A stretch of 64,000 bases of DNA from an uncultured Planctomycetota bacterium. Its GTDB lineage: Bacteria > Planctomycetota > PLA2 > JAEUHO01. The translations under genes and the position numbers were made by a program. Below are positions 17,577 to 26,718 of this stretch, in pieces. The notes beneath the pieces are model-generated. The model ran no database searches. It had not been told where the DNA came from and saw only the letters and a list, made by a program, of their open reading frames with translations. Position 1 is the first letter of the stretch. Every line of letters begins with the position of its first letter. The DNA is taken from assembly GCA_963752285.1 (NCBI GenBank), contig CAVVXN010000001.1, positions 192,253-256,252 on the forward strand, read 5' to 3'.

Positions 17577-18680
17577 ATGAAGGTCACGCTGCCCACCGCC
17601 CGGCTCGTGGACGCCGTCGGTCACGCCGCGAGCGTCGCCGCGTCGAAGAGCCCGAAGCCCTCGCTCGAGTGCGTGGCGCTTACCGCCGACCCGAGCACGG
17701 GACTCTCGCTCGAGGCGACCGACCTCGACGTGGGCGTCCGCATCCGCCTGCCCGAGGCGGACGTGGCGGAGGGGGGCACGGTCCTGGTCGCGGCCGGTCG
17801 TCTCGCGTCCGTGCTGCGCGAGGTCCAGGACGAGGAGACCACGCTCACGGGGGACGAAGGTGGCCTCAGCCTGCGGACCGGTCGCAGCCAGTTCCGACTG
17901 CGCGGGGACGATCGCGAGGGCTTCCCCGAGATCCCCACGTTTCCCGAGGAGGGCCGGCTGACGGTTCCGGGGGAGACGCTCCGCAACATGATCCGGCGCA
18001 CGGCCTTCGCCACCGCCAAGGAGGCGGGACGCTACGCCCTGCACGGCGTGCTCTTCCTGGCGCAGGGCGGACAGCTCGAGCTCGTGGCGACCGACGGTCG
18101 CCGCCTCGCGCGTGCGGTTCGGCCTCTCGACGCCTCCTCGGACGCCACCCTGCGCGTGATCGTCGGTGCGAAGGGCCTCTCGGTCCTGGACCGTGTGATG
18201 GGGACGCCTGCCGGCGACGTCGCGATCGCCTTGGGCGAGCGCCAGGTGCTCTTCCAGGTCGGGGGCACGCTCCTGGTGAGCCGGTTGATCGACGGTTCCT
18301 TCCCGGCCTACGAGGACGTGATCCCGCGCACGAGCACCGGCATGCTCCGGATCGGCGCCGCGGATCTCGCGGGGGCGCTCAGGAAGGTGCAGCTGCTCAC
18401 GACCCGCGACGCGATCTCCGTGCAGTTCGAGATCGCGCCCGAGACGCTCACGATCCGGTCGCGTGCCGCCGAGGTGGGGGAGGCGCGCGTCGAGGTACCC
18501 ATCTTCTACGAGGGCGACCGCCTCCAGCTCGGGTTCAACCCGCTCTTCCTGAGCGACGCCCTGAAGGTCATGGACCCGGCCGCCGAGGTGCGGTTCGAGT
18601 TTTCGGACGGCAAGGCCCCCGGCAAGCTGACCGACGACGACGCGTACGTCTACGTCGTGATGCCGATTGCGCTCGAATGA
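17577..18680 (+). CDS. dnaN: DNA polymerase III beta sliding clamp
   Basis: MKVTLPTARLVDAVGHAASVA N-terminus, three-domain length (367 aa), LGFNPLFLSDALK near the C-terminus. GAGGGGG SD upstream of ATG 17577. Confidence 0.95.
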   Translation: MKVTLPTARLVDAVGHAASVAASKSPKPSLECVALTADPSTGLSLEATDLDVGVRIRLPEADVAEGGTVLVAAGRLASVLREVQDEETTLTGDEGGLSLRTGRSQFRLRGDDREGFPEIPTFPEEGRLTVPGETLRNMIRRTAFATAKEAGRYALHGVLFLAQGGQLELVATDGRRLARAVRPLDASSDATLRVIVGAKGLSVLDRVMGTPAGDVAIALGERQVLFQVGGTLLVSRLIDGSFPAYEDVIPRTSTGMLRIGAADLAGALRKVQLLTTRDAISVQFEIAPETLTIRSRAAEVGEARVEVPIFYEGDRLQLGFNPLFLSDALKVMDPAAEVRFEFSDGKAPGKLTDDDAYVYVVMPIALE

Positions 18681-18742
18681 CGGCGGCTCGCGCATGGAAC
18701 GCTCCCACGGGACGCCCCGCGCCGGGGGAAGCACGGACCCGG

Positions 18743-19093
18743 ATGAACAAGCGACGACGCCACATTGCATCCGTCGGCGAGCTGCTGGGCCCCGCGCTCC
18801 GCGACCTCGGCATGCCGTCGGCGCGGCTCACGAAGCGCGTGCTCGTCGCGTGGGCCCAGGCGGCCGACCCCGCCTGGCGGGACGACGCCACGCCCCTCCG
18901 CCTCGACGGCGGCGTCCTGGTGGTCGGCGTCCGCTCGTCCGCGCTCCGCCAGGAGCTGACACAGTTTCACCGCACCCGACTGCTCCACGTCCTCAAGACG
19001 GCGCTTCCGGACGTGCCGCTCGTGGGGCTCCACTTCGGCGTCTACGACCAGACGCCGCCGGTCGGGGGCTCAGTACCCGGAGACGATCGATGA
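18743..19093 (+). CDS. DUF721 (DciA-like) protein
   Basis: 116 aa. LRDLGM..L..RVLVAWAQAADPAW..DATPLRLDGGVLVVGVRSSALRQEL pattern in the classical dnaN-X-gyrB position. Its stop overlaps the gyrB ATG (ATGA). Confidence 0.7.
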   Translation: MNKRRRHIASVGELLGPALRDLGMPSARLTKRVLVAWAQAADPAWRDDATPLRLDGGVLVVGVRSSALRQELTQFHRTRLLHVLKTALPDVPLVGLHFGVYDQTPPVGGSVPGDDR

Positions 19094-21606
19094 CGCCCGA
19101 ACCCGCTCCCCCCGTCGAGACGACCGGCGACGTCGGCGCCACGCCCGGCGGGGTGTCCGCCGATCCGGCGGCCGCAGGCGACGGAGGCTACAACGCCGAC
19201 ACCATCCAGGTCCTCGAGGGCCTGGAAGCCGTTCGAAAGCGCCCCGGTATGTACATCGGGGACACGAGCTCCCGCGGCCTCCACCATCTGGTCTACGAGA
19301 TCGTCGACAACGCGATCGACGAGGCGATGGCGGGCTACTGCAAGAACATCAGCGTGCGCGTGACGGCGGACAACGGCGTCGTCGTGACCGACGACGGCCG
19401 CGGCATCCCGACCGACATCAACAAGTCGCAGGGGATTGCCGGCGTCACGATCGCGTACACGAAGCTCCACGCGGGTGGGAAGTTCAACAAGGGCGTCTAC
19501 AAGGTGAGCGGTGGCCTGCACGGCGTCGGCGCGAGCGTCGTGAACGCTCTCTCCGAGCTCTGTGAGGTGGAGGTCTACCAGGCCGGCCACATCCACTTCC
19601 AGGCGTTCGTGCGGGGTCGCCCGCAGGCGGACCTGGAGCGCCGCGGCAAGACGGAACGCCGGGGCACGAAGGTCTACTTCAAGCCCGACCGTCAGATCTT
19701 CGGAGAGTACCGGTTCGACACGAACCTGCTCACGAACCGGTTGCGCGAGCTCGCGTTCCTGAACCGTGGGGTCCTGATCCGATTCGTAGACGAGCGGGGC
19801 GACCCGCCGGTCGAGCGTGAGTTCCGCTTCGAGGGGGGCATTCAGGAGTTCGTCCTGCGCCTGAACGAGGGGCGCCGTCCGCTCCACGACGACGTCATCT
19901 ACGTCGAGGCCGAGCAAGACAACGTGGTCGTCGAGATCGCGGTCCAGTTCCACGACGGCTACTCGGAGAACGTGCAGGCCTTCGCCAACAACATCCCCAC
20001 GCACGAGGGGGGCACGCACGTGTCGGGCTTCCGCACGGCGCTCACGCGGAGCCTGATGAACTACGCGCGGCGCGAGAACCTCTTCAAGGCCACCGACAAG
20101 CCCTCCGGCGAGGACTTTCGCGAGGGCCTGACGGCCGTCATCAGCGTGAAGGTGCCCGAGCCGCAGTTCGAGGGCCAGACGAAGACGAAGCTCGGCAACA
20201 GCGAGATCGAGGGCATCGTGGCGACGGTCTGGGGCGAGGCGCTCAAGACGTACCTGGAGGAGCACCCCAAGAACGCGCGCAACATCCTCGACAAGGCGAT
20301 CCAGGCGTACCAGGCCCGCGAGGCGGCGCGGAAGGCGCGCGACCTCGTGCGGAGGAAGGGTGCGTTGTCGTCCGGTGGCCTCCCCGGACGGCTCGCGGAC
20401 TGCTCGAGCCACGACGTCGAGACCACCGAGCTCTTCCTGGTGGAGGGCGAGTCGGCCGGCGGGTCGGCGAAGGGCGGGCGCGACCGCAACACGCAGGCGA
20501 TCCTGCCGCTCAAGGGCAAGATCCTGAACGTCGAGAAGGCGCGCATCGACAAGATGCTCGCCCACGAGGAGATCCGTTCCCTCATCACCGCGCTCGGCAC
20601 GGGCATCGGCGTCGAGGACTTCGACGGGTCGAAGTGCCGGTACGGCAAGATCATCATCATGACCGACGCGGACGTGGACGGAAGCCACATCCGCACGCTG
20701 CTCCTCACGTTCCTCTTCCGTCACATGCGCGAGCTGATCGAGATGGGTCGCATCTACGTGGCCCAGCCGCCGCTCTTCAAGCTCTCGCGCCGGAAGCACG
20801 AGGAGTACATCTTCGACGAGCGCGACCTCGAGCGTCGCCTCGAGGAGCTCGGCGCCGGGTCGCTCACGCTCGAGAGCTCCGGGATGAACGGGTTCGAGCC
20901 CGTGACCGGTCCGCGGTTGCGGAACCTGGCGGAGGCCCTCGCTCGCATCCAGGGCATCGCGCGCTCCATCGAGCGCCGCGGTCTCCCGCCGGGCGAGTAC
21001 CTCGCGGAGGCCGCCGGCGACGGCACGCTTCCGGTCGCGTTCGTCACGAGCGCCCGCGCGCCCGAGAACCGGGTCTTCGCCCGGTCCGAGGAGGACATCA
21101 CGCAGTTCATCGACCAGGAAGAGGCGATGATCGGGCGCGAGGCGCGCGTGTTCGAGAAGGACGAGAAGAACGGATCGGCCGCGGAGGCCGACGTCGTCGT
21201 GACGCGGATCTACGAGCACGTGGAGCTCGAGGACCACGTCCGGGTCATCCTCGACTTCGGGCTCGACCCCCGCGACTGGAAGGGTGGCGCGGAGGCGCGG
21301 TACGTCCTGAAGGTCCAGGATGGGGAGCCGATCCTCCTCAGCTCGCTCGAGGACGTGCTGGTCCACGTCCGCAAGGCCGGCCAGCGGGGCGTGGACGTGC
21401 AGCGCTACAAGGGACTCGGCGAGATGAACCCGGACCAGCTCTGGGACACGACGATGGACCCGACCAAGCGCACTCTGCTCCGCGTCAACCTCTCGGACGG
21501 CGCGGAGGCCGACCGCCTCTTCAGCCTGCTGATGGGGGAGAGCGTCGAGCCGCGGCGCCACTTCGTCGAGCAGCACGCCCTCGACGTGCAGGACCTCGAC
21601 ATCTGA
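19090..21606 (+). CDS. gyrB: DNA gyrase subunit B
   Basis: IQVLEGLEAVRKRPGMYIGDT, HHLVYEIVDNAIDEA, GGLHGVGASVVNALS, the Toprim block ELFLVEGESAGGSAKGGRDR and IMTDADVDGSHI. Confidence 0.97.
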   Translation: MTPEPAPPVETTGDVGATPGGVSADPAAAGDGGYNADTIQVLEGLEAVRKRPGMYIGDTSSRGLHHLVYEIVDNAIDEAMAGYCKNISVRVTADNGVVVTDDGRGIPTDINKSQGIAGVTIAYTKLHAGGKFNKGVYKVSGGLHGVGASVVNALSELCEVEVYQAGHIHFQAFVRGRPQADLERRGKTERRGTKVYFKPDRQIFGEYRFDTNLLTNRLRELAFLNRGVLIRFVDERGDPPVEREFRFEGGIQEFVLRLNEGRRPLHDDVIYVEAEQDNVVVEIAVQFHDGYSENVQAFANNIPTHEGGTHVSGFRTALTRSLMNYARRENLFKATDKPSGEDFREGLTAVISVKVPEPQFEGQTKTKLGNSEIEGIVATVWGEALKTYLEEHPKNARNILDKAIQAYQAREAARKARDLVRRKGALSSGGLPGRLADCSSHDVETTELFLVEGESAGGSAKGGRDRNTQAILPLKGKILNVEKARIDKMLAHEEIRSLITALGTGIGVEDFDGSKCRYGKIIIMTDADVDGSHIRTLLLTFLFRHMRELIEMGRIYVAQPPLFKLSRRKHEEYIFDERDLERRLEELGAGSLTLESSGMNGFEPVTGPRLRNLAEALARIQGIARSIERRGLPPGEYLAEAAGDGTLPVAFVTSARAPENRVFARSEEDITQFIDQEEAMIGREARVFEKDEKNGSAAEADVVVTRIYEHVELEDHVRVILDFGLDPRDWKGGAEARYVLKVQDGEPILLSSLEDVLVHVRKAGQRGVDVQRYKGLGEMNPDQLWDTTMDPTKRTLLRVNLSDGAEADRLFSLLMGESVEPRRHFVEQHALDVQDLDI

Positions 21607-21658
21607 GCGGGATCGATCCGCGGCGCCCGAAGGCGCCTTCCGGGTCCCGCTATGTGCC

Positions 21659-21669
21659 GGTCGATAGGG
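21659..21669 (+). repeat. GGTCGATAGGG intergenic motif, copy 1
   Basis: Exact 11-mer. The same 11-mer recurs at 21762-21772 and 29021-29031; a 9/11 variant lies on the minus strand at 41277-41285. Confidence 0.7.
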
Positions 21670-21761
21670 CCTCCGGCCGGGACCGCCCTGCCGCCGACGC
21701 CCCTGAGCGGCCGCGGCGCTCCCCGCCCCCTCCGCCGGCCCCTCATGTCGGGCGGGGGGCG

Positions 21762-21772
21762 GGTCGATAGGG
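21762..21772 (+). promoter_or_regulatory. GGTCGATAGGG intergenic motif, copy 2 (18 nt upstream of the 21791 ATG)
   Basis: Exact repeat of the 21659 copy. Its position directly upstream of a start codon suggests a promoter or operator element. Confidence 0.4.
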
Positions 21773-21790
21773 ACCGCGGAGATCCGCGTC

Positions 21791-22318
21791 ATGGACAGCC
21801 CCAACCGGTTCGAGCGCCGCAGCCTCCGCGACGTCCTGGTCGCCCAGGGGTTCCTCACGGACGAGCTGGCCGACGAGCTCGTGAACTCCGCCCGCGAGGA
21901 GAACGAGCCCTTCGGAGCGGTGGTCGTCGAGGCCGGGCACCTGACGGCCTGGGACCTCGCCAAGATCGTCACCCTCCACTACAACATGCCGTGTCTCCCC
22001 CTCCACGAGTTCACGTACGACGCCGTGCTCGCCGACGGGCTCCCGGCGGCCACCCTGTACCAGTACCAGGTGCTTCCGGTCGGCCGGTTCGGGAAGGCCC
22101 GCTCGTTCGCCGTGGTGGAACCGCCCTCGCGCACGTTGCTCGACGCGCTCACCGAGTCGTGCGGTTCGCACCTCTTCTTCTTCGTCGCCGAGGCTCCCGA
22201 GATCCGCCGGCTCCTGTCGGAGCACGTGAAGGTCGTGGACCCGAGCGCCGACGCCTCGTGGCAGGACGTCTTCGACGCTGCCGAGGAAAACCTGGTCGGC
22301 GACAAGAACGACGACTGA
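21791..22318 (+). CDS. stand-alone T2SSE_N / MshEN-like domain protein
   Basis: RSLRDVLVAQGFLTDELADELVNSAREE and YNMPCLPL..LPAATLYQYQVLPV resemble the N-terminal domain of GspE/PilB ATPases. No ATPase domain follows. Confidence 0.7.
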   Translation: MDSPNRFERRSLRDVLVAQGFLTDELADELVNSAREENEPFGAVVVEAGHLTAWDLAKIVTLHYNMPCLPLHEFTYDAVLADGLPAATLYQYQVLPVGRFGKARSFAVVEPPSRTLLDALTESCGSHLFFFVAEAPEIRRLLSEHVKVVDPSADASWQDVFDAAEENLVGDKNDD

Positions 22319-22369
22319 TCGTCGCCGCGTCCTTGGCCCGCGCGCCTCCGCCGGCGTCGCGGCCGGAGA

Positions 22370-22738
22370 TCAGACCGGGGGCGGCTCGTCCGCGGCGCCG
22401 GCGGCTCGTGTCCGCGGGACCTCGCGCGGAGGCGGCTCGGTCGGGGCCGGGCGCGGCGCGTCGCCCTCCGTCGCCTCCGGGGCGGCCGTCGTCTCGCTCG
22501 CCGGCTTCGTCCCGCGGGCGGGCGGCTTCGGCCGCGGCTTCGAAGTCCTCGCGTCGAGCCCTCGGATCTCGTTTCGGAGGGGCGTGGTCGCGTCCTCCAG
22601 GCCCTGCTTGAACTTCGCGTACGACCGACCGAGGTTGTGCATGACCTCGGGAAGCCGACCGCCGAACACGAGGAGGGCGACGAACGCGACGAGGAGGATC
22701 TCCCCGCTTCCCACCGAGAGCATCGCGATCGGCGTCAT
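22370..22738 (-). CDS. tatA: twin-arginine translocase subunit TatA/E with Pro-rich tail
   Basis: GSGEILLVAFVALLVFGGRLPEVMHNLGRSYAKFKQG, a TM helix plus amphipathic helix. The ATG overlaps the upstream stop (ATGA). Confidence 0.85.
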   Translation of the reverse strand: MTPIAMLSVGSGEILLVAFVALLVFGGRLPEVMHNLGRSYAKFKQGLEDATTPLRNEIRGLDARTSKPRPKPPARGTKPASETTAAPEATEGDAPRPAPTEPPPREVPRTRAAGAADEPPPV

Positions 22739-25700
22739 CGGGTCGCGCCCCGGAGGATGATCTCGGTCGGATCGACCTCCTTCAGGTTCCCGGTTTGGAG
22801 ATCGATGACGATGCGGCGCTGGCGGCTCACGATGCTCGGGTTCTCGTCGGGACCGCGCTGGAACGCGAGGTCGCGCGTCCCTTCGCCGGTCAGGATCGCC
22901 ATCGAGTGTACGACGTCGAGTCGGAAGCGGTCGCCCCAGATGCGGATCCGCTTCTCGGCCTGACCGACCTCGAAGACCGTGTGCGGTCCCGAGGCCTCCA
23001 CCTCGCGCACGTCCGCGCCCGCGCGGGACAGGAGGTCGTTCCCCGCCACGGTCAGGCGGTCGGCCCACAGGGTCGCGGGCGCGCCCCAGTCGGCCCCGGG
23101 GGCGCGTCGGACGAGTCGCCGGATCTCGATCGGGCCGTCCGACGTCAGCTCGCGGGGGTTCACCTCGATCGGCGCGCTGCACGTCACGGTGAAGCGCTCC
23201 CAGGTCGAGGCCGCGCGGTCCCGCCGGATCAGGACGGCCACCGCGGGGACGCCCGGCGAGGACGAGGCCTCGAGACGTTCCGGGCCGTTCGTTCCGAGCC
23301 ACAACGTCAACGTCGGGGCCCAGACCTCGTTCCGCGCGTCCTCGGGGCCGAAGATCGCCTGGGCGCGCGGCGTGCCGTCCGCGGTGGCCTCGTGGTGGAC
23401 GGCGTCGTACGCGATGCGCCGGCCCTGGATCGTGCCGTCGGGTCCCTCGAGCTTCGCCTGACCGATGGCCTCGAGGCCGACGAGACCGTTCGCGTCGAGG
23501 CGCGCGGAGAGCCGGTCGGACGTGAGGTCCCAGCGCACGCGCTTCGGCGGCGGCGCGCCGGCCGCGGCGGGGCTGCGCGTGGGCCGCGCACCGCCCCCGC
23601 CCAGGCTCGCGACGCCGCCCAGCGGCGGCGCCGTCGGCTCGAGGACCGTGCGCCGGAGGCTCACCTGCAGCGTGTCGGCCCGGATCTCGTCCACCGCCGT
23701 CGTCGCGGTGGCGAGCTCGGCCCGGACATCCCCTTCGATGCGGATCTCCTGGTCGGCGTCGAGGCGGGGCCGCCGAGGTGACGGCGACAGGCGAGCGCGG
23801 ATCTCGATCCGCCCGCTCGTCGTGACGCCGATGGTCGTGGGCGAGCCGACCTCGGGCGACCGCAGACCGAGGGCCCCGAGGCCGACGGAGCGCGGCGCGT
23901 CCATCGCCACGTAGACCGAGGCCGAGACGCCGCCGTCCGCCGTGACGATGCCTTCGGCCCGTTCGAAGCTCATGGATCGAGCCGCCACGGTGTGGCGCGG
24001 TCCCGACGGATCGCCGACCGCGACGCGCGCGGGCGCCGTACCTCCACCGAGGAGGCGCGCCCGGTCCGAGATCCGGTCGTACGCGAGCGCGGCGCCCTCG
24101 ATCCGCACGGGCAAGCCGACCGTCGCTCCGCCGAACGAGGTCGTCGCGACCACGTCGCCGTCCGCGCGCAGGCTCTGGAGCACCCAGGACTCGCGCTCCC
24201 TCGTCGGCGTGGCGACCCCGTCACCCGTCTTCCCGGCCGCACCCGGTCCGTGGCCGCCCAGCAGGCGCTCGCCGCTCCTCAGTCCGTGGAAGGCGAAGCT
24301 CGTCCCGGGACCTTCCGCGACGACGACCGGCTCGTCGGAGTCGAGGTGCTCTCCGACCAGCCGGTCCGTCGTGCCGCTCATCCGCGTTCCGCCGAGCCGG
24401 ACGTTTCCGAGCAGCGCGAACGAGGTCGCGACGAGACGCTCCCCCGAACCGGCCGGTCCCAGGCCCTCCGGCCGAGTCGTCTGTCCGCCGGTCGGCGGGA
24501 CCTTCTCGAGGAGGAGCGTCAGCTCGTCGCCCTCGAGGCGGTCCCAGTCGTCGGCCAGGCCGACGTCCTCGCGCTCGAGGCGCGCGCCCTTCTCGAGGAC
24601 GATCCTCAGGTAGTCCTCGGGTCGGGCTCCAGGACCGATCTCGACCGGGTCGGGCGTCTCGATCCGGGCCGACTCTTCGGCGCTCGCCCGGAGCGTCCCC
24701 ATGGGCTTCGAGAGCGCGACGCCCTGCAGGGGAACGTCGCCGTGGAGCTCGATGCGCGGCTCACCGAGGAGGATGCTCGTCGCGGTCCCGTCCTCCATCA
24801 CCTCGTGGTGGAGCTTTTGCCCCGCGAGCGAGACGAGGTAGCGACGCCCGCGTTCGGTGACGTCGGGATACTCCACGACGACGCCGCCCTCGGCGTCGAA
24901 CGTGTCGAGGTGCCAGCGCGGCCGCGGCGCGCCCGCGGCCACGACCCCGCGGTGCGCGACGACGAGCGTCCGCTCCGCGTCGAGCGTCCGGCCGCCCTCC
25001 TGCTCCGCGTGGACGTGGTGTTCGAGCGACGCCCGGAGCGTCTCCCGGCCGAACGCCTCCTCCCGCGTCAGGACCGCGCCGCCCTCGGCGGTCACGAAGC
25101 CGGGTTTGAACCCCTCGCCCCCGAACGCGAGGAGGGGCCGCCCGTCGGCGCCCGCGAGGTCCTTGAGGATGCGCAGCGTGACGTCCTTCATCACGTGCAC
25201 CTTCTCGTGGCCGTTGTCGCGCTCGAGCTCGAGGTCGCGGCCGGCGAGCGAGAAGGCCTCGTGCCGCACCTCGAACAAGCCGCGGCCGTGCGCACGGCCG
25301 CGCCCGGGCTCGAGCTCGACCTCCTGGCCCTCGACCGTGATCCCCTCCTCCAGGTCCTGGAGCAGGAATCCGCCCTTCACGGTGAGGGTCGCGTCGCGGG
25401 ACGCGGAGCGCGCCTTGCGGTCCGTGAGGCTCAGCCCTTCGCGGAGCCACTCCGCCTCGGCGAGCGGCGCGACGACGTACCAGCGCAGGATGCGGGCCCG
25501 TGCGCCGGGCCGTCCCTCGATCAGCCCGCGTGCCTCCTCGACCGTGCGCGGCTCCCGGTAGACCGACACGCGCACGTTCACGGCCTGGAGGGCCTGGCGG
25601 TCGCTGGCCCGCGCGCTCGCCGGCCGCACCTCGCGCGCCTCGATCTCCTGGCGCACGAAGTCGGGCACCACGATCGACGCGCCCGTCACCGGGTCGGTCA

Positions 25701-25929
25701 CCTTCACGGGCTCGGGATCGCTCGCGAGCCGGAGGCCCTGCGCGCCGTGGATCGCCACGGGGTCGCCGTTGGGCGGGACGATCCGCGCGCCGGGGTCCGT
25801 GCCCGCGGGGATGTCGGGAACCGACGAGCCCTGCCCCGACGCGCGAGACCGCGCGGGCGCCCACGTCACCGAGTAGAGCACCGCGATCGCGGCGACGTGG
25901 ACGAGCAGGACGAGCGCGAGCCGCCGCAT
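22735..25929 (-). CDS. large secreted protein, possible multi-repeat OstA/LptA-LptC-like
   Basis: Signal or anchor MRRLALVLLVHVAAIAVLY. The 1064 aa are beta-rich with recurring A-D-x-L..(G)xV patterns (IRADTLQVSL, LWADRLTVAGNDLL). It starts 3 nt after kdsC, the position lptC/lptA occupy in the E. coli kdsC-lptC-lptA operon. Confidence 0.5.
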   Translation of the reverse strand: MRRLALVLLVHVAAIAVLYSVTWAPARSRASGQGSSVPDIPAGTDPGARIVPPNGDPVAIHGAQGLRLASDPEPVKVTDPVTGASIVVPDFVRQEIEAREVRPASARASDRQALQAVNVRVSVYREPRTVEEARGLIEGRPGARARILRWYVVAPLAEAEWLREGLSLTDRKARSASRDATLTVKGGFLLQDLEEGITVEGQEVELEPGRGRAHGRGLFEVRHEAFSLAGRDLELERDNGHEKVHVMKDVTLRILKDLAGADGRPLLAFGGEGFKPGFVTAEGGAVLTREEAFGRETLRASLEHHVHAEQEGGRTLDAERTLVVAHRGVVAAGAPRPRWHLDTFDAEGGVVVEYPDVTERGRRYLVSLAGQKLHHEVMEDGTATSILLGEPRIELHGDVPLQGVALSKPMGTLRASAEESARIETPDPVEIGPGARPEDYLRIVLEKGARLEREDVGLADDWDRLEGDELTLLLEKVPPTGGQTTRPEGLGPAGSGERLVATSFALLGNVRLGGTRMSGTTDRLVGEHLDSDEPVVVAEGPGTSFAFHGLRSGERLLGGHGPGAAGKTGDGVATPTRERESWVLQSLRADGDVVATTSFGGATVGLPVRIEGAALAYDRISDRARLLGGGTAPARVAVGDPSGPRHTVAARSMSFERAEGIVTADGGVSASVYVAMDAPRSVGLGALGLRSPEVGSPTTIGVTTSGRIEIRARLSPSPRRPRLDADQEIRIEGDVRAELATATTAVDEIRADTLQVSLRRTVLEPTAPPLGGVASLGGGGARPTRSPAAAGAPPPKRVRWDLTSDRLSARLDANGLVGLEAIGQAKLEGPDGTIQGRRIAYDAVHHEATADGTPRAQAIFGPEDARNEVWAPTLTLWLGTNGPERLEASSSPGVPAVAVLIRRDRAASTWERFTVTCSAPIEVNPRELTSDGPIEIRRLVRRAPGADWGAPATLWADRLTVAGNDLLSRAGADVREVEASGPHTVFEVGQAEKRIRIWGDRFRLDVVHSMAILTGEGTRDLAFQRGPDENPSIVSRQRRIVIDLQTGNLKEVDPTEIILRGATR

Positions 25930-25932
25930 CGG

Positions 25933-26451
25933 TCAGGCACCGCCGAGGGACACGAGGATCTCGTCCCACGCGCCGAGCTGGCGGAGGAGGGTCTCGATCG
26001 CTTCGCGGACCGCGCCCCGGCCGCCGGCCGTGCGACACACGTACGTCGCGACCTTCCGGACCTCCGGGTCTGCGTCGGCCGGCGCGGCGCTGAAGCCCGC
26101 CCGCCGCATCGGCGGGAGGTCCGTCAGGTCGTCGCCCACGTACGCCACGCCTTCCCACGCGAGGCCGGCGCGCTCCCGCAGCCGGTCCACGGCCGCGAGC
26201 TTGTCTCGCGCCCCCTGGACGACCTGTTCGATCCCGAGCTCGCGCGCCCGGCGGTCCACCGCCGGCGAGGAGCGCCCGGTCACGATCGCCGGCACGACGC
26301 CCGCCCGGGCGAGGAGCTGGATCCCCGCGCCGTCCCGGGCGTGGAACGACTTGAGCTCCGACCCGTCCGCGCCGTACGTGATGGTCCCGTCCGTGAGCGT
26401 GCCGTCCACGTCCATGACGAACAGTCGGATCTTCAACGACGGGGCGGGCAC
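25933..26451 (-). CDS. kdsC: 3-deoxy-D-manno-octulosonate 8-phosphate phosphatase (HAD-IIIA)
   Basis: LFVMDVDGTLTDG, ...DG.G, ..VTGR, ..YVGDDLTDLP motifs. No upstream ATG exists, so GTG 26451 (or TTG 26436) was taken as the start. Confidence 0.8.
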   Translation of the reverse strand: MPAPSLKIRLFVMDVDGTLTDGTITYGADGSELKSFHARDGAGIQLLARAGVVPAIVTGRSSPAVDRRARELGIEQVVQGARDKLAAVDRLRERAGLAWEGVAYVGDDLTDLPPMRRAGFSAAPADADPEVRKVATYVCRTAGGRGAVREAIETLLRQLGAWDEILVSLGGA

Positions 26452-26718
26452 GGGCGAACGTCCTCGCGAGGGAGAGAACCGAGATACTAGATCGGCCGGT
26501 CGTGGTCCGGCCCCCGGGATCCGAAGCCCTGGGACCACGAGGGACCCTGCGGGCGGGCGGGGCCCCGGCCCGTAACTCCCGCGTGGGCCTTTGGTTGGGC
26601 CCGGATGGGGCCGCGCGCGGTCCCGGGGCGGCTCGTGCCCGCGCCCCGGACCGGGGCCGCGGACGATCACCGGGCCTCAACACGGGGCGCCAGGGCAAGG
26701 CGGATAGACTCCCGGCCG

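Noticed and set aside
20891-20900. GGTTCGAGCC T-loop-like strings. Others occur at 15945, 18541, 32071 and 55005.
   Set aside because: All lie inside well-supported coding regions and lack flanking acceptor or anticodon stems. No tRNA gene is supported anywhere in the window.
19042-21972. 976-aa ORF antisense to gyrB.
   Set aside because: gyrB is unambiguous on the plus strand. The antisense translation is low complexity (R/L/V/E/A) with no motifs.
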